The position numbers and the translations under genes were made by a program. Shown piece by piece: positions 9,327 to 19,710 of a DNA stretch of 64,000 nucleotides. Within the stretch, counting starts at the first letter, position 1, and each line of letters starts with the position of its first letter. Source of the DNA: an uncultured archaeon (GTDB lineage: Archaea > Asgardarchaeota > Lokiarchaeia > Sigyniarchaeales > SOKP01); assembly GCA_964525635.1 (NCBI GenBank), contig CAZGJX010000006.1:1-64000 (forward strand), in the 5' to 3' direction. Below the pieces are notes generated by a model. The model was not told the DNA's origin. It did no database searches and was given only the letters and a program-made list of their open reading frames with translations.

Positions 9327-10346
9327 TCAATTGTCAACTGTATAAATAAAGTTTCTTTCCCCGAGAATTTCATCTATTTCTTTCATTTGATCATTATTTA
9401 ATGGACCAAATTCCATAGATTGAATGTTTTCTTCGATCTGTTTCACAGTTTTAAAACCCGGGATTGGGATAGTTTTTGCACTACGAGCCCAAACCCAAGA
9501 TAATGCTCCTTGTACCATAGTTCGACCTTCACTTGTGAGTATTTTCTTTATTGATTCTAATTTTGCTAACCAATCTGGATCAGGTCTACCACCTTTAAAA
9601 TATTTCAACCATTCAGGAGCATTTTCTCCTCTAACATCATTATCGGGAAGTTTCGAATCTTTTGTATATTTTCCAGTAAGCAATCCCATTGCTAGTACAG
9701 TTCGATTAATACTTGCCAAATTATTATGTTCACATAAATCAATTATTTCTCTCATATCATGTAATACATTGAGTTCATGTTGAATTGAAACACATTTGGA
9801 ATTTTCTACAAAATATGTCCCTAAATCTGAGAGATCTGTGCTCCATCCATAAGATTTTATAAATCCACTATCTTGTAAGTCATTTAAGGTATCAATAATA
9901 CCAATTAAATCATTCTTTGGAACATGCCAAATATGCAATTGATATAAATCAATATAGTCTGTATTTAATCTTTTTAAGGAGGATTCACAGGCTTTCTGTA
10001 TGTATAATGAATCTATATTTGTGCCGATCATTTTTCTGGTTTCTTTATCAAACATATTTCCAAATTTAGTTGCTATAACAAGATCATCTCTATATCCCTC
10101 AATTGCTTTTCCAACTATTTCTTCACTATGACCTGCTCCATATACATCTGCGGTATCAAAAAAATTCACACCTAAGTCTATAGCTTTCTGAATTGCTTTA
10201 ATTGATTCCTCATCATTTATTTTACCATAACTAGCTTGTTTACCTTCAACATTAATTAATTCTCCTCCAATAGCCCAACAACCTAATCCTAAAGCGCTAA
10301 CTTTTATTCCCGATTTTCCTAATATCCTATGATTTATTTTTACCAA
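9327..10346 (-). CDS. Aldo/keto reductase
   Basis: LGLGCW, FFDTADVYG, IATKFG, SLKRLNTDYIDLYQLH, PIPG motifs. Confidence 0.93.
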   Translation of the reverse strand: MVKINHRILGKSGIKVSALGLGCWAIGGELINVEGKQASYGKINDEESIKAIQKAIDLGVNFFDTADVYGAGHSEEIVGKAIEGYRDDLVIATKFGNMFDKETRKMIGTNIDSLYIQKACESSLKRLNTDYIDLYQLHIWHVPKNDLIGIIDTLNDLQDSGFIKSYGWSTDLSDLGTYFVENSKCVSIQHELNVLHDMREIIDLCEHNNLASINRTVLAMGLLTGKYTKDSKLPDNDVRGENAPEWLKYFKGGRPDPDWLAKLESIKKILTSEGRTMVQGALSWVWARSAKTIPIPGFKTVKQIEENIQSMEFGPLNNDQMKEIDEILGERNFIYTVDN

Positions 10347-10456
10347 TTCATTGCACTATCCTTAAAATATGTGAATAAATTCTATTATAATATAAATTTC
10401 GTTTTTTTTAAATATATCTCTTATATTAATAAGAAATAAAAAACAAAAGATTCTAA

Positions 10457-10981
10457 TTATGTTCTTCTTATAACTTTCACTAAACCTTTTTTACGTAGCT
10501 TATCCATTATTATTTCCATTTCTTCTATGGATTTATGGGCAATTTGAGCTACTTTTTCTATTGTATTCATCCCATCACAGATGTTTAAAACTTTAAATTC
10601 CTCTAAAGTTACCATACCAAGATCTACACTCATTTTTGGTATCTCTTTTATAATAATAGGAATTCGAACTTCACCTGTACCACTGGTTTCCCTTAATTCA
10701 GGTAAACTTGGACTATCACCAAAAAATGATTTCACTTCAGTAACATTATATTGATCATCAATATAGGTATAAATGGTATGTTCATTTACAGAAGGATCAT
10801 CTAAATCATCTGGATCTGGATTTGGATTGGTGTGTTTATATTCTTTTGTATAAAATCCCATTTTAAAACCTTTACTGATCTCCTCCTTACTAACTTTAAG
10901 ATCAATCATTTCCTTACAGATGTCGCACCAAGCCCATATCTCTATGAAGGTAAAATATTTCTTTACTTTATTTTGAGCCAT
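10457..10981 (-). CDS. Hypothetical protein with N-terminal CxxC and C-terminal winged-helix HTH
   Basis: WCDIC near the N-terminus; CDGMNTIEKVAQ...LRKKGLVK wHTH-like tail. Confidence 0.7.
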   Translation of the reverse strand: MAQNKVKKYFTFIEIWAWCDICKEMIDLKVSKEEISKGFKMGFYTKEYKHTNPNPDPDDLDDPSVNEHTIYTYIDDQYNVTEVKSFFGDSPSLPELRETSGTGEVRIPIIIKEIPKMSVDLGMVTLEEFKVLNICDGMNTIEKVAQIAHKSIEEMEIIMDKLRKKGLVKVIRRT

Positions 10982-11365
10982 TTTTCTTCACTATTAAAAA
11001 AATTATATTTTACTAAAATTACTTATTTATAAAATAAATAAAAGAATTTAACTTTAAATATATTGAGACTAAAATTAGTCTATTCGTTAGTGATTCTATT
11101 ATCTGAAGTTTTAACGTTGTAATCATGATATCAATTTAAAATATTAAGTAAACTTTAAATCTATCATCACTATAAGGAATATAAATATTTAACACTTACT
11201 TGAGGTCAATGGAAGTAATTTATATGTTTGAATAAAAACAACTGTTAATTAGAGATCCCTTTTTTTTTTAATATAAGAATCCAAAAAAATAATAAAAATA
11301 AAAAAAAATTAAAGTTATCCTTAATTTTCAATTCTAAGATTAACAACATAAAAAATAAATGAATT

Positions 11366-11539
11366 ATGTCTATAAAACGTAATAATTGTTCTTGTTGCGG
11401 TCGTCCTATTACACCCTATGAATCTGCTGTTCATTTCCCATGTCCAAGTTGTAGTGATGTGACTATTTGGAGATGTGAGGCATGTCGTGATAGAGGGAAA
11501 ACATATCGATGCTTAAAATGTGAATTCGTTGGTCCCTGA
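11366..11539 (+). CDS. Zn-ribbon protein (HVO_2753/DUF1610-like), 57 aa (not in ORF track)
   Basis: MSIKRNNCSCCGRPITPYESAVHFPCPSCSDVTIWRCEACRDRGKTYRCLKCEFVGP: four CxxC pairs and terminal FxGP; in its usual archaeal position upstream of EF-1beta. Confidence 0.9.
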   Translation: MSIKRNNCSCCGRPITPYESAVHFPCPSCSDVTIWRCEACRDRGKTYRCLKCEFVGP

Positions 11540-11626
11540 AGCCAAAGGAGATTAACAGGAACCTAAGAATCTCGCATGAAAATAAATTATATAATGAACA
11601 CATTAAAAAAAAAAGGTAAATAAATA

Positions 11627-11893
11627 ATGGGAGAATTTGTTGCATTAATAGATATTATACCAGAAGATATAAACACTAATTTTGATCATCTTTTAGTAAA
11701 ATTAGGTGATGTACTTCCTGATGATTGTACAATTGATCATCATGATATAATGCCAGTAGCGTTTGGTTTAAAGAAGGTTAGGCTTAGAGTTAGATATCCA
11801 GAAGAATGGGGCGGTACAGATAAGCTAGAGGAACTGTTTGGTAAAGTAGAGGGACTTCAAGGAATTGAAGGTATAGCATTTTCAAAAGCTTAA
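11627..11893 (+). CDS. ef1b: Translation elongation factor aEF-1beta
   Basis: 88 aa; PVAFGLKK and GGTDKLEE motifs. Confidence 0.92.
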   Translation: MGEFVALIDIIPEDINTNFDHLLVKLGDVLPDDCTIDHHDIMPVAFGLKKVRLRVRYPEEWGGTDKLEELFGKVEGLQGIEGIAFSKA

Positions 11894-12435
11894 AGAAATC
11901 TCTACATGATTTTAATTCAAAAAAATAACTATTCTTATATTCTTATTTTATTAATTTAATTCTAATAATTTACAACTATTATAACACTAAATTCATGTTT
12001 AAAATTTATAATATTTCCTAAAAACAGAGAGATTATTTGAAAAGGGAAATCTTTCCCATTAGAATAGCAGAAAGTTTAAATAATTTTTGTAATTCTTTAT
12101 TTTATGGCCTTATATAATACTAATTCGGAAAAAAGAAAGATTAAGTTTCCGGACGTAGCTTTAGCTACGCATATCGTAATAGTATTATAAGTCAAGATAA
12201 CTTTCCCTTACTTTTTTAAAAATTGCTTTCTTTGAGGCTTAATCTTGATTAAAACTTTGATATTTTTTTAAAAAGGCATATTGGAAAGTCTTTACAATTA
12301 AGGCTAGAAAAACACAAATAAATAAAATATAAAAGAAAAATTTTAAAAAAATGCAGTTTATGAAATTTAAAGGTTTTATAATTCAAGACCAAAATCTATT
12401 CAGACTTGATGGATCTTTGGATATAAGGTGCAACT

Positions 12436-14268
12436 ATGAATAGTTCAGATTATAATATGCAAAATCAACAGAATTTAGAATATAGTCCTACGATAGATGA
12501 TTTTTTCAAAGTTAGGCAAAAAGGTTCAAAGCATTGGATATTAAAGCATGTATTGTACAAATCAAATAAATTCTTCTTTATATTTTGGCTAATATTAATT
12601 ATTTTAGCAACAGTTTCTTTCTCAACTTCAAAGATCTTTTTAGGTAAAAATATTGATTCATTTTCAAGTGGTGTAGATAAAATTGATTGGATATTGTTCA
12701 TTATCTTTTTAATTTTAACATTAAGCGCCCCAATTTTAGAATTGATGGCAAATTGGGTTAGAGAAGTATTAGCTCAGAGGATGGAAAGAGATACTAGGGA
12801 TGAGCTCTATTTAAATTTATTGGGAAAAAGTCAATCATTTCATGATGCTCAAAGATTAGGTGATTTAATGGCAAGAACTACAAATGATGTTCGCCAACTA
12901 AATTATTTGATCAGTCCCGCCCTAACTTTAATATTTCAAGCATTATCAGAAATCCTCATCACAATTATGATAATTGCCATTAATTATCCAATTCAATTGA
13001 TTATTTGTCCAATTATTTTCAGTGTTTTATTTATATTTGCTTTAAGAAATTATGTTAAAAAATTTGGTCCTGTTACTAAACAAAAACAAGTTGAATATGG
13101 TAATTTAAATGCTGTATTAAATGAATCTCTTTCAGGGATTGAAGTAGTCAAAGGTATGGCTCAAGAAAATCGGTCTCTTAAAAAATATCAAAAACAAGCA
13201 AAAAAGAATTTAGAATTAGGAGTAAAGGAAGGTACAATTCAAGCCCACTATATTCCTTCTTTTATGGTTGCAGTTACAATAGTTTTTAGTTTAATTCACT
13301 CTGTATTGTTATATTATGAGGGAATGTTCACAATAGGAGGAATAATCGCATATATGGTGTTAATAAATAATTTCTTTTTTCCTACCTCAGTATCTGTTTG
13401 GGCTTGGGCTGTGTATAGCAGAGCTATTGCTGGTGCTGATCGAATTTTGGAAATAATGAATCAAACATCTGAAATAGGCGAAAATATAAATCCTGTTATA
13501 AAGGGAATTGATGGTGAGGTAGAATTTCAAAATGTTTCATTCCATTACCCAGGAACCAAGAATAAAGTATTAAAGAATCTTTCTTTTAAGATTAAAAAAG
13601 GACAAACAGTTGCTATAGTTGGAACAACTGGTTCTGGAAAAACGACATGTACAAAATTAATTTCTCGATTATATGATGTAACCAATGGAAAAATACTTGT
13701 TGATGGAAAAGATGTTAAAGGTTATTCATTACATTCATTAAGAAATCAAATTGCATATATTGAACAAGATGTCTTTCTTTTTTCTAAATCTATTATTGAT
13801 AATATATCTTTTGGAAGGGAGTCAAATAAAGAAGAAATTATTAAAGCTGCAAAAAATGCACAAGCACATGATTTTATTATGGAATTACCAGAGGGTTATG
13901 ATACCACAGTTGGAGAAAGAGGTGTTAAATTAAGTGGGGGTGAGCGTCAACGGATCGCAATAGCAAGGGCATTTCTCTCAAATCCAAAAATATTGATTTT
14001 AGATGATTCAACTTCTGCTATTGATTCAGCTACTGAAGAAAAGATACAACTAGCAATTTCTAATATCTTAAAAGGGAGAACTACATTTTTAATTACTCAT
14101 AGATTGAGCCAGATTAGATGGTCTGATCTAATAATTGTGTTTAAACAGGGAAATATCATGGCTCAAGGAAGTCATTTTGATTTGTTAGAAACATCAGAGG
14201 AATATCGTAAAATATTTCTCACACGTTTTGATAAGACTATTGATGAATTATTGGAGGGTAAAGTATAA
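12436..14268 (+). CDS. ABC exporter, fused TMD-NBD subunit A (MdlA-like)
   Basis: Walker A GTTGSGKT, LSGGERQR, Walker B ILDD (degenerate site). Confidence 0.93.
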   Translation: MNSSDYNMQNQQNLEYSPTIDDFFKVRQKGSKHWILKHVLYKSNKFFFIFWLILIILATVSFSTSKIFLGKNIDSFSSGVDKIDWILFIIFLILTLSAPILELMANWVREVLAQRMERDTRDELYLNLLGKSQSFHDAQRLGDLMARTTNDVRQLNYLISPALTLIFQALSEILITIMIIAINYPIQLIICPIIFSVLFIFALRNYVKKFGPVTKQKQVEYGNLNAVLNESLSGIEVVKGMAQENRSLKKYQKQAKKNLELGVKEGTIQAHYIPSFMVAVTIVFSLIHSVLLYYEGMFTIGGIIAYMVLINNFFFPTSVSVWAWAVYSRAIAGADRILEIMNQTSEIGENINPVIKGIDGEVEFQNVSFHYPGTKNKVLKNLSFKIKKGQTVAIVGTTGSGKTTCTKLISRLYDVTNGKILVDGKDVKGYSLHSLRNQIAYIEQDVFLFSKSIIDNISFGRESNKEEIIKAAKNAQAHDFIMELPEGYDTTVGERGVKLSGGERQRIAIARAFLSNPKILILDDSTSAIDSATEEKIQLAISNILKGRTTFLITHRLSQIRWSDLIIVFKQGNIMAQGSHFDLLETSEEYRKIFLTRFDKTIDELLEGKV

Positions 14269-16091
14269 TGGTATTCTTTGGTTTAGAGGCTGAAAATTAT
14301 GATCGAGAATATACCGATAGGGAATTATTTTCAAGGATTTCTAAATACTTTAAAAAATACAAGAAAGAGATGAAAATAATGATTTTATTTATTCTATTTG
14401 AGTCAATATTTACTGCGATTCAACCATTTTATATGTATTATCTTATTAATCAAATAAAAAATAACGTTGAATTAACAACCCTCTTGATAGTTGGGCAAAT
14501 GGTATTACTATTAATACATACTATAACTTGGAGATTTAGTGTTATTAGACAGATTTATACTGCTCGGATTATAAACAAAGTAGTATTTGATCTCAGAATA
14601 GATGTCAATGAAAATGTGTTAATTCAAGATATGTCCTTTTTTGATCAATATTCTACAGGAAGAATAGTTAGTAGAATTAATTCAGATACAGAACAATTTG
14701 GAGAAATGGTCGATATCTTTGTTCAAGCAGTATCTTCAATAGTAGCAATAATATTCCTTATACCACCTATGGCAAGTATTGATTTTCAATTAACAATAGT
14801 ATTCTTAATTGCAGTTCCTTTTGTTTTTATCTTCACATTATCTTTCAGAAAAATTGCACGTAAGAAGACTATTTTGGGTCAGAGAGCTTTAGGAGCTGTA
14901 AACTCATTTGTTCAAGAAACTATGGCGGGTATTTCAATTGCAAAGACTTTCCGTCAAGAAGAGAAATTTTATAATGAATTTTCAGAAGTAAATGACCAAT
15001 CATACAGAGTTAACTTCAGTCGGTCAATGTTTATGAATATAATCTTTCCGGGACTTTATTTTATTGAATCATTAACCCTAGTTTTCTCAGTATTTTATGG
15101 AGGACAATTGATAGTAAATAATGCAGTAATCACATCTGAACAATTATATTTATTCATTCAAAGTATATGGAGTATATATTTTCCTATATTTCGTATTGCT
15201 TCATTTTGGCCTCAATTTCAAGCAGGTATGGCTGCAGCAGAGCGAACATTTTCATTAATTGATATTAGTCCAATAGTTTCTCAAAATAAAAGTATTATCC
15301 TCGAGAAGATGGAAGGAAAAATAAAATTTGATAAATTATCATTTCAATATACTTCAGAACAACCTGTTTTTCAGAATCTTAACTTATTAATTAAACCAGG
15401 GGAATCAATAGCCATCGTTGGACATACTGGTGCGGGAAAATCGAGCTTAGCTCGTATATTAATGAGATTTTATGAATATCAAGACGGAAATATATATATA
15501 GATGAAAATGATATACGAGATTTATCTCTTAAAGAATATCGGAATTTTATTGGAATGATCCCTCAAACACCATTTTTATGGGCTGATACAATTGAAAATA
15601 ATGTAAAATATGGGACACCTAATGCTTCACGGGAAGATGTTTTATGGGCTCTAGAACAAGCAGGTGGACGAGATTGGATTGAAGATTTAGCTGATGGGAT
15701 CGAAACAAATATAAGAGAAAGAGGAAAATTATTATCAATGGGACAAAGACAATTAGTGGTATTTGCACGCATTTTAATTCAAAATCCTTCGATATTAATT
15801 TTAGATGAAGCTACTGCTTCAGTAGATCCCTTTACGGAAACAAAGATACAAGAGGCAATGGACCATATAATGAAAGATAGAACATCAATAATTATTGCCC
15901 ATCGACTAAGAACTGTAAAACATGTTGATCGAATTATCGTTTTAGACCATGGAACAATAGTTGAGGAGGGAAATCACGATTATCTTATGGAAAAGGGTGG
16001 ACATTATGCAGATCTATACAATAAATATTTTAAGCATCAATCTTATGAATTTGTTGAAAAAGCAAAAGAAAGATTAGTTGCTGAAAATTAA
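14268..16091 (+). CDS. ABC exporter, fused TMD-NBD subunit B (MdlB-like)
   Basis: GHTGAGKS, LSMGQRQ, ILDEAT; TAATG overlap with the upstream gene suggests a heterodimer. Confidence 0.93.
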   Translation: MVFFGLEAENYDREYTDRELFSRISKYFKKYKKEMKIMILFILFESIFTAIQPFYMYYLINQIKNNVELTTLLIVGQMVLLLIHTITWRFSVIRQIYTARIINKVVFDLRIDVNENVLIQDMSFFDQYSTGRIVSRINSDTEQFGEMVDIFVQAVSSIVAIIFLIPPMASIDFQLTIVFLIAVPFVFIFTLSFRKIARKKTILGQRALGAVNSFVQETMAGISIAKTFRQEEKFYNEFSEVNDQSYRVNFSRSMFMNIIFPGLYFIESLTLVFSVFYGGQLIVNNAVITSEQLYLFIQSIWSIYFPIFRIASFWPQFQAGMAAAERTFSLIDISPIVSQNKSIILEKMEGKIKFDKLSFQYTSEQPVFQNLNLLIKPGESIAIVGHTGAGKSSLARILMRFYEYQDGNIYIDENDIRDLSLKEYRNFIGMIPQTPFLWADTIENNVKYGTPNASREDVLWALEQAGGRDWIEDLADGIETNIRERGKLLSMGQRQLVVFARILIQNPSILILDEATASVDPFTETKIQEAMDHIMKDRTSIIIAHRLRTVKHVDRIIVLDHGTIVEEGNHDYLMEKGGHYADLYNKYFKHQSYEFVEKAKERLVAEN

Positions 16092-16195
16092 ATATTTTTT
16101 ATTTACTTTTTTTTTAAGTCACATAGAAATTTGTCAATTAACATTAATTTTCTAAGAAATATGAATTTCAATTAATCATCTTAGAAAAAAAGAAT

Positions 16196-18172
16196 CTAAC
16201 CAGTTCTTTTAAAATATTTATCCATTTCTTTAAATGAAATAAATTTCATAGTGGGACGACCATGAGCACAATGAAAGGGATTTTTACAATTTGCTAAATC
16301 AATTAATAATTTTCTTATATCCTTTAAAGATAAACTATCACCTCCACGAATACTTCGGTGACATGATAAATAATTTATAATTTCTCCTTTTACTTCTAAA
16401 AAACTTCTATCCTTACCAATTTCAGTAATATCGGAAATGATATCCTTTATTATTTCAGGTTCAATTAATTTATTAAAAAGAGTAGGAATCTCTCTTAAAA
16501 TATATGTATTCCCTCCAAAAGATTCAAAATTAAATCCTAATTGTTTTATCTCATCTAAATTTTCATCTAAAAAAGCTTTTTCTCTCGGAGAAAGTTCAAC
16601 CTTTAAAGGTGAAATAAGTTGTTGTTTTATCATTTTTGAATTATTAATAATATTTTGGAAATATTCTTTGTTAATTCTCTCAGATGCAGCATGTTGATCT
16701 AAAAGAAATAATCCTTTTTCATTATTTTCATTAATACCTTCTAATACAATATAAGTTTTATTACTTAATTGACCAGTATAAGAAATTAACTTTATTTTAG
16801 GGAAATTCTCTTTAGTTATCAATTTGCTTCTTATATAAGAATCTGAAAATTGTGAGGATTTCTTTTTAAAAGTATTTTCATTTAAATCCAATTGAACAGA
16901 GTTATTATCAATAGGTTTTAGGGATTCTGAGTGTTTTATCTCCTTCAATTCTAATTGGTTTAAATTTGTATCAATAGATCCAATTTCTTCATTATTTATA
17001 TCTATTTTCTTTATTTCATCTATAATTTTTTCGTCATCTTCTTTCTTTCCATCTTTAATAATCGATTCTTTTTGTACTTTTTTTTCCTTTAAGTTATTTA
17101 ATAGATTATAAGTCTCTGTCTCATTTTTCGAATATTTATTTAAACTAGTAGATATATATTTCATTTCTTTTTTAATAAAATAATCTTCAACAAAATTTCT
17201 CAATATATTGTAGACTTTATTTTGAATAAATTCATCATCTTCAAATCTTATATGTAATTTTTTAGGATGTATATTAAAATCAATAATTGAAGGATCTACT
17301 TCTAAATTGATAACATAAAAAGGATTTTTTTTTACCATTAATGTTCCTTCATAAGCTTCTTTAATTGCTTCGAATAATAAATCACTTTTTACATATCTCT
17401 TATTAATAAATAAACTTGAATAATTTCTATTTTTTTTTCCAATCTCTGGATGCCCAATCAATCCTCTCAAATTAAATAAATATCCTTTCTCTTGATATTG
17501 AACATCCTCCATCATTTTTGCTATATTTTTCCCATAAATATGAAATACAGTTGTCTTTAAATCATTTTGGGAAGGACAATTTAACATTGTCAATTCATTA
17601 TGTGTGTAAATAAAATGTATTTCGGGATAAGCTAAAGAATAACGTTGTATAATATCTGTTATATGACCAAGTTCTGTTGAATCTGATTTTAGAAACTTTT
17701 GCCTAGCAGGAATATTATAGAAAAGATTTTTTATAATAATATTTGTTCCTATAGATGAAGCTATTGTATTTCTCTCTAAAACTTTTCCTCCTTCAATAAT
17801 AAGTTGAGTAGCAGTTTTTTGATCCTCTGTTCTAGAAGTAATATTAACTTTACTGACCGCTGCAATGCTAGATAAAGCTTCTCCTCGAAAACCAAGAGTA
17901 GATAGATGTTGTAAATCCTCTATACTTCTAATTTTACTACTTGTATATCTTTTGAAAGCAATATCTAATTCTTCAGAAGGAATACCTACACCATTATCTA
18001 TTATTTGGATTAAAAGTTTACCTGATTTTTTGATATTGATTTTTATCTCGGTTGCTTCGGCATCAATACTGTTTTCAATCAGTTCCTTTATAACATTAGC
18101 AGGTCTTTCAACAACTTCTCCCGCAGCTATTTTTTCAGCATTTAAGATTTTTTCAATTTTTTTTCTCTTCAT
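16196..18172 (-). CDS. mutL: DNA mismatch repair endonuclease MutL
   Basis: IAAGEVVERP, ELIENSIDA, GFRGEAL; endonuclease motifs DQHAASERINKE and CAHGRP. Confidence 0.96.
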   Translation of the reverse strand: MKRKKIEKILNAEKIAAGEVVERPANVIKELIENSIDAEATEIKINIKKSGKLLIQIIDNGVGIPSEELDIAFKRYTSSKIRSIEDLQHLSTLGFRGEALSSIAAVSKVNITSRTEDQKTATQLIIEGGKVLERNTIASSIGTNIIIKNLFYNIPARQKFLKSDSTELGHITDIIQRYSLAYPEIHFIYTHNELTMLNCPSQNDLKTTVFHIYGKNIAKMMEDVQYQEKGYLFNLRGLIGHPEIGKKNRNYSSLFINKRYVKSDLLFEAIKEAYEGTLMVKKNPFYVINLEVDPSIIDFNIHPKKLHIRFEDDEFIQNKVYNILRNFVEDYFIKKEMKYISTSLNKYSKNETETYNLLNNLKEKKVQKESIIKDGKKEDDEKIIDEIKKIDINNEEIGSIDTNLNQLELKEIKHSESLKPIDNNSVQLDLNENTFKKKSSQFSDSYIRSKLITKENFPKIKLISYTGQLSNKTYIVLEGINENNEKGLFLLDQHAASERINKEYFQNIINNSKMIKQQLISPLKVELSPREKAFLDENLDEIKQLGFNFESFGGNTYILREIPTLFNKLIEPEIIKDIISDITEIGKDRSFLEVKGEIINYLSCHRSIRGGDSLSLKDIRKLLIDLANCKNPFHCAHGRPTMKFISFKEMDKYFKRTG

Positions 18173-18343
18173 AAGTTCCCAATTTATCAGATTAATGATA
18201 AATATTACAATTGTTATTCTAAATTTAATTTAAATAGAGAGAGTTTTAAAATTTAATTATTTAATTATAAATATTAGGAACAGTTAAAAAATATTAAAAT
18301 AAATAAATCCAAAATATAAAAGATCAAATATATTAAATAGAAT

Positions 18344-19708
18344 ATGAAATATGATATAATTGTTGTTGGTGCTGGTAGTGCTGGCACGATGACTGCTACT
18401 AGAGCTTCTCAAAAAGGTCTAAAGGTTGCTTTAATTGATAAAAAATTACAGAATAATATTGGACTAAAAATATGTGGAGATGTTGTAGAAAAATATCATA
18501 TAACTTTTGCTAAACAGAAAGTTGGTTTTAATTATCCTCAAGGTGAAGAACTCCAGCAGGAAGTAGATGGTCTTATTTTACATCCACCAAATAGAAGATC
18601 AACACTTGTCTTAAGCGGACAAAAAGCTTTTGTTTTAGATCGTTTACTTTTTGGTCAAAGATTGCTTAAATTAGCCATTAAATCTGGAGCAATACTATTT
18701 TCAAATCATTCATTTATAGATTTTATATTAGAAGAACAGAAAATTACAGGAGTGAAAATTCGTTCAAAAAAAACTAATGAATTTAAAAGCTTATTTGCTA
18801 ATGTTATTATAGATGCAACTGGATCTACTGGAGCTTTAAAAAAGAAATTACCTGAAAATTTACGAAAATGGATTGAAAAAGATATTAATCCAATTGATTT
18901 AGGATATGCATATAGAAAAATTATAAATCTATTAGGATCAAAACAAATACGAAATTACAATTATATCCATGTATACTATATACAACAACTCATTCGTGGT
19001 GGATATGCATGGATTTTTCCTCGGGGACCTCAAAGCGCCAACATAGGAATTGGTGGTCCAAAGAGTAATACATCAAATCTTAAAGAAAAGTTTAAACTCT
19101 TCAAAGACACTTTTCCTGAAATGAAAAAATGTGTTATTTTCCATGAAGGAGCCGGATTAGTGCCAATTCGTAGGCCAATGGATTCATTTGTCGCGGATCA
19201 TTTTGCTGTTGTTGGAGATGCGGCTTTTCAGGTTAATCCATTACACGGCGGAGGGATTGGTTCTAGTTTAAAAGCGGGTATTATATTAGCAGATACAATT
19301 GTTAAAGCTAATAATGTTAAAGACTTTTCTGAAAAAAGTTTATGGTTATACAATTTAAATTATAACAAACAAATTGGAGGAGATTATGCTGCTCTAGAAC
19401 TACTTCGTCATATGATTTCAAATATGTCAGATAGGGCTTTAAACATTTTAATAAATCGTAAAATTATCACCGAAAGAGATTTAATAAAAGCCGCTAAAAT
19501 CAGATCTTTGAAGATCCCTCTTTTAAAAATGATAATAAAGGTTTTAAAAGGAATCGATATAATTTGGGCTCTATTTAAGATGATAATTATGACTAAAAAA
19601 ATGAAACAAATTAAAGATCTTTATAAAAACTATCCTTATAAACCTAAAAATATAGCTCTTTGGAGAAAAAAAGTTGATAAAGTATATCGTCGAGTAAAAA
19701 TGATTTAA
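18344..19708 (+). CDS. Geranylgeranyl reductase family FAD-dependent oxidoreductase (DGGGPL reductase-like)
   Basis: GAGSAG, KICGD, GYAWIFP, VGDAAFQVNPLHGGGI. Confidence 0.88.
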   Translation: MKYDIIVVGAGSAGTMTATRASQKGLKVALIDKKLQNNIGLKICGDVVEKYHITFAKQKVGFNYPQGEELQQEVDGLILHPPNRRSTLVLSGQKAFVLDRLLFGQRLLKLAIKSGAILFSNHSFIDFILEEQKITGVKIRSKKTNEFKSLFANVIIDATGSTGALKKKLPENLRKWIEKDINPIDLGYAYRKIINLLGSKQIRNYNYIHVYYIQQLIRGGYAWIFPRGPQSANIGIGGPKSNTSNLKEKFKLFKDTFPEMKKCVIFHEGAGLVPIRRPMDSFVADHFAVVGDAAFQVNPLHGGGIGSSLKAGIILADTIVKANNVKDFSEKSLWLYNLNYNKQIGGDYAALELLRHMISNMSDRALNILINRKIITERDLIKAAKIRSLKIPLLKMIIKVLKGIDIIWALFKMIIMTKKMKQIKDLYKNYPYKPKNIALWRKKVDKVYRRVKMI

Positions 19709-19710
19709 TT

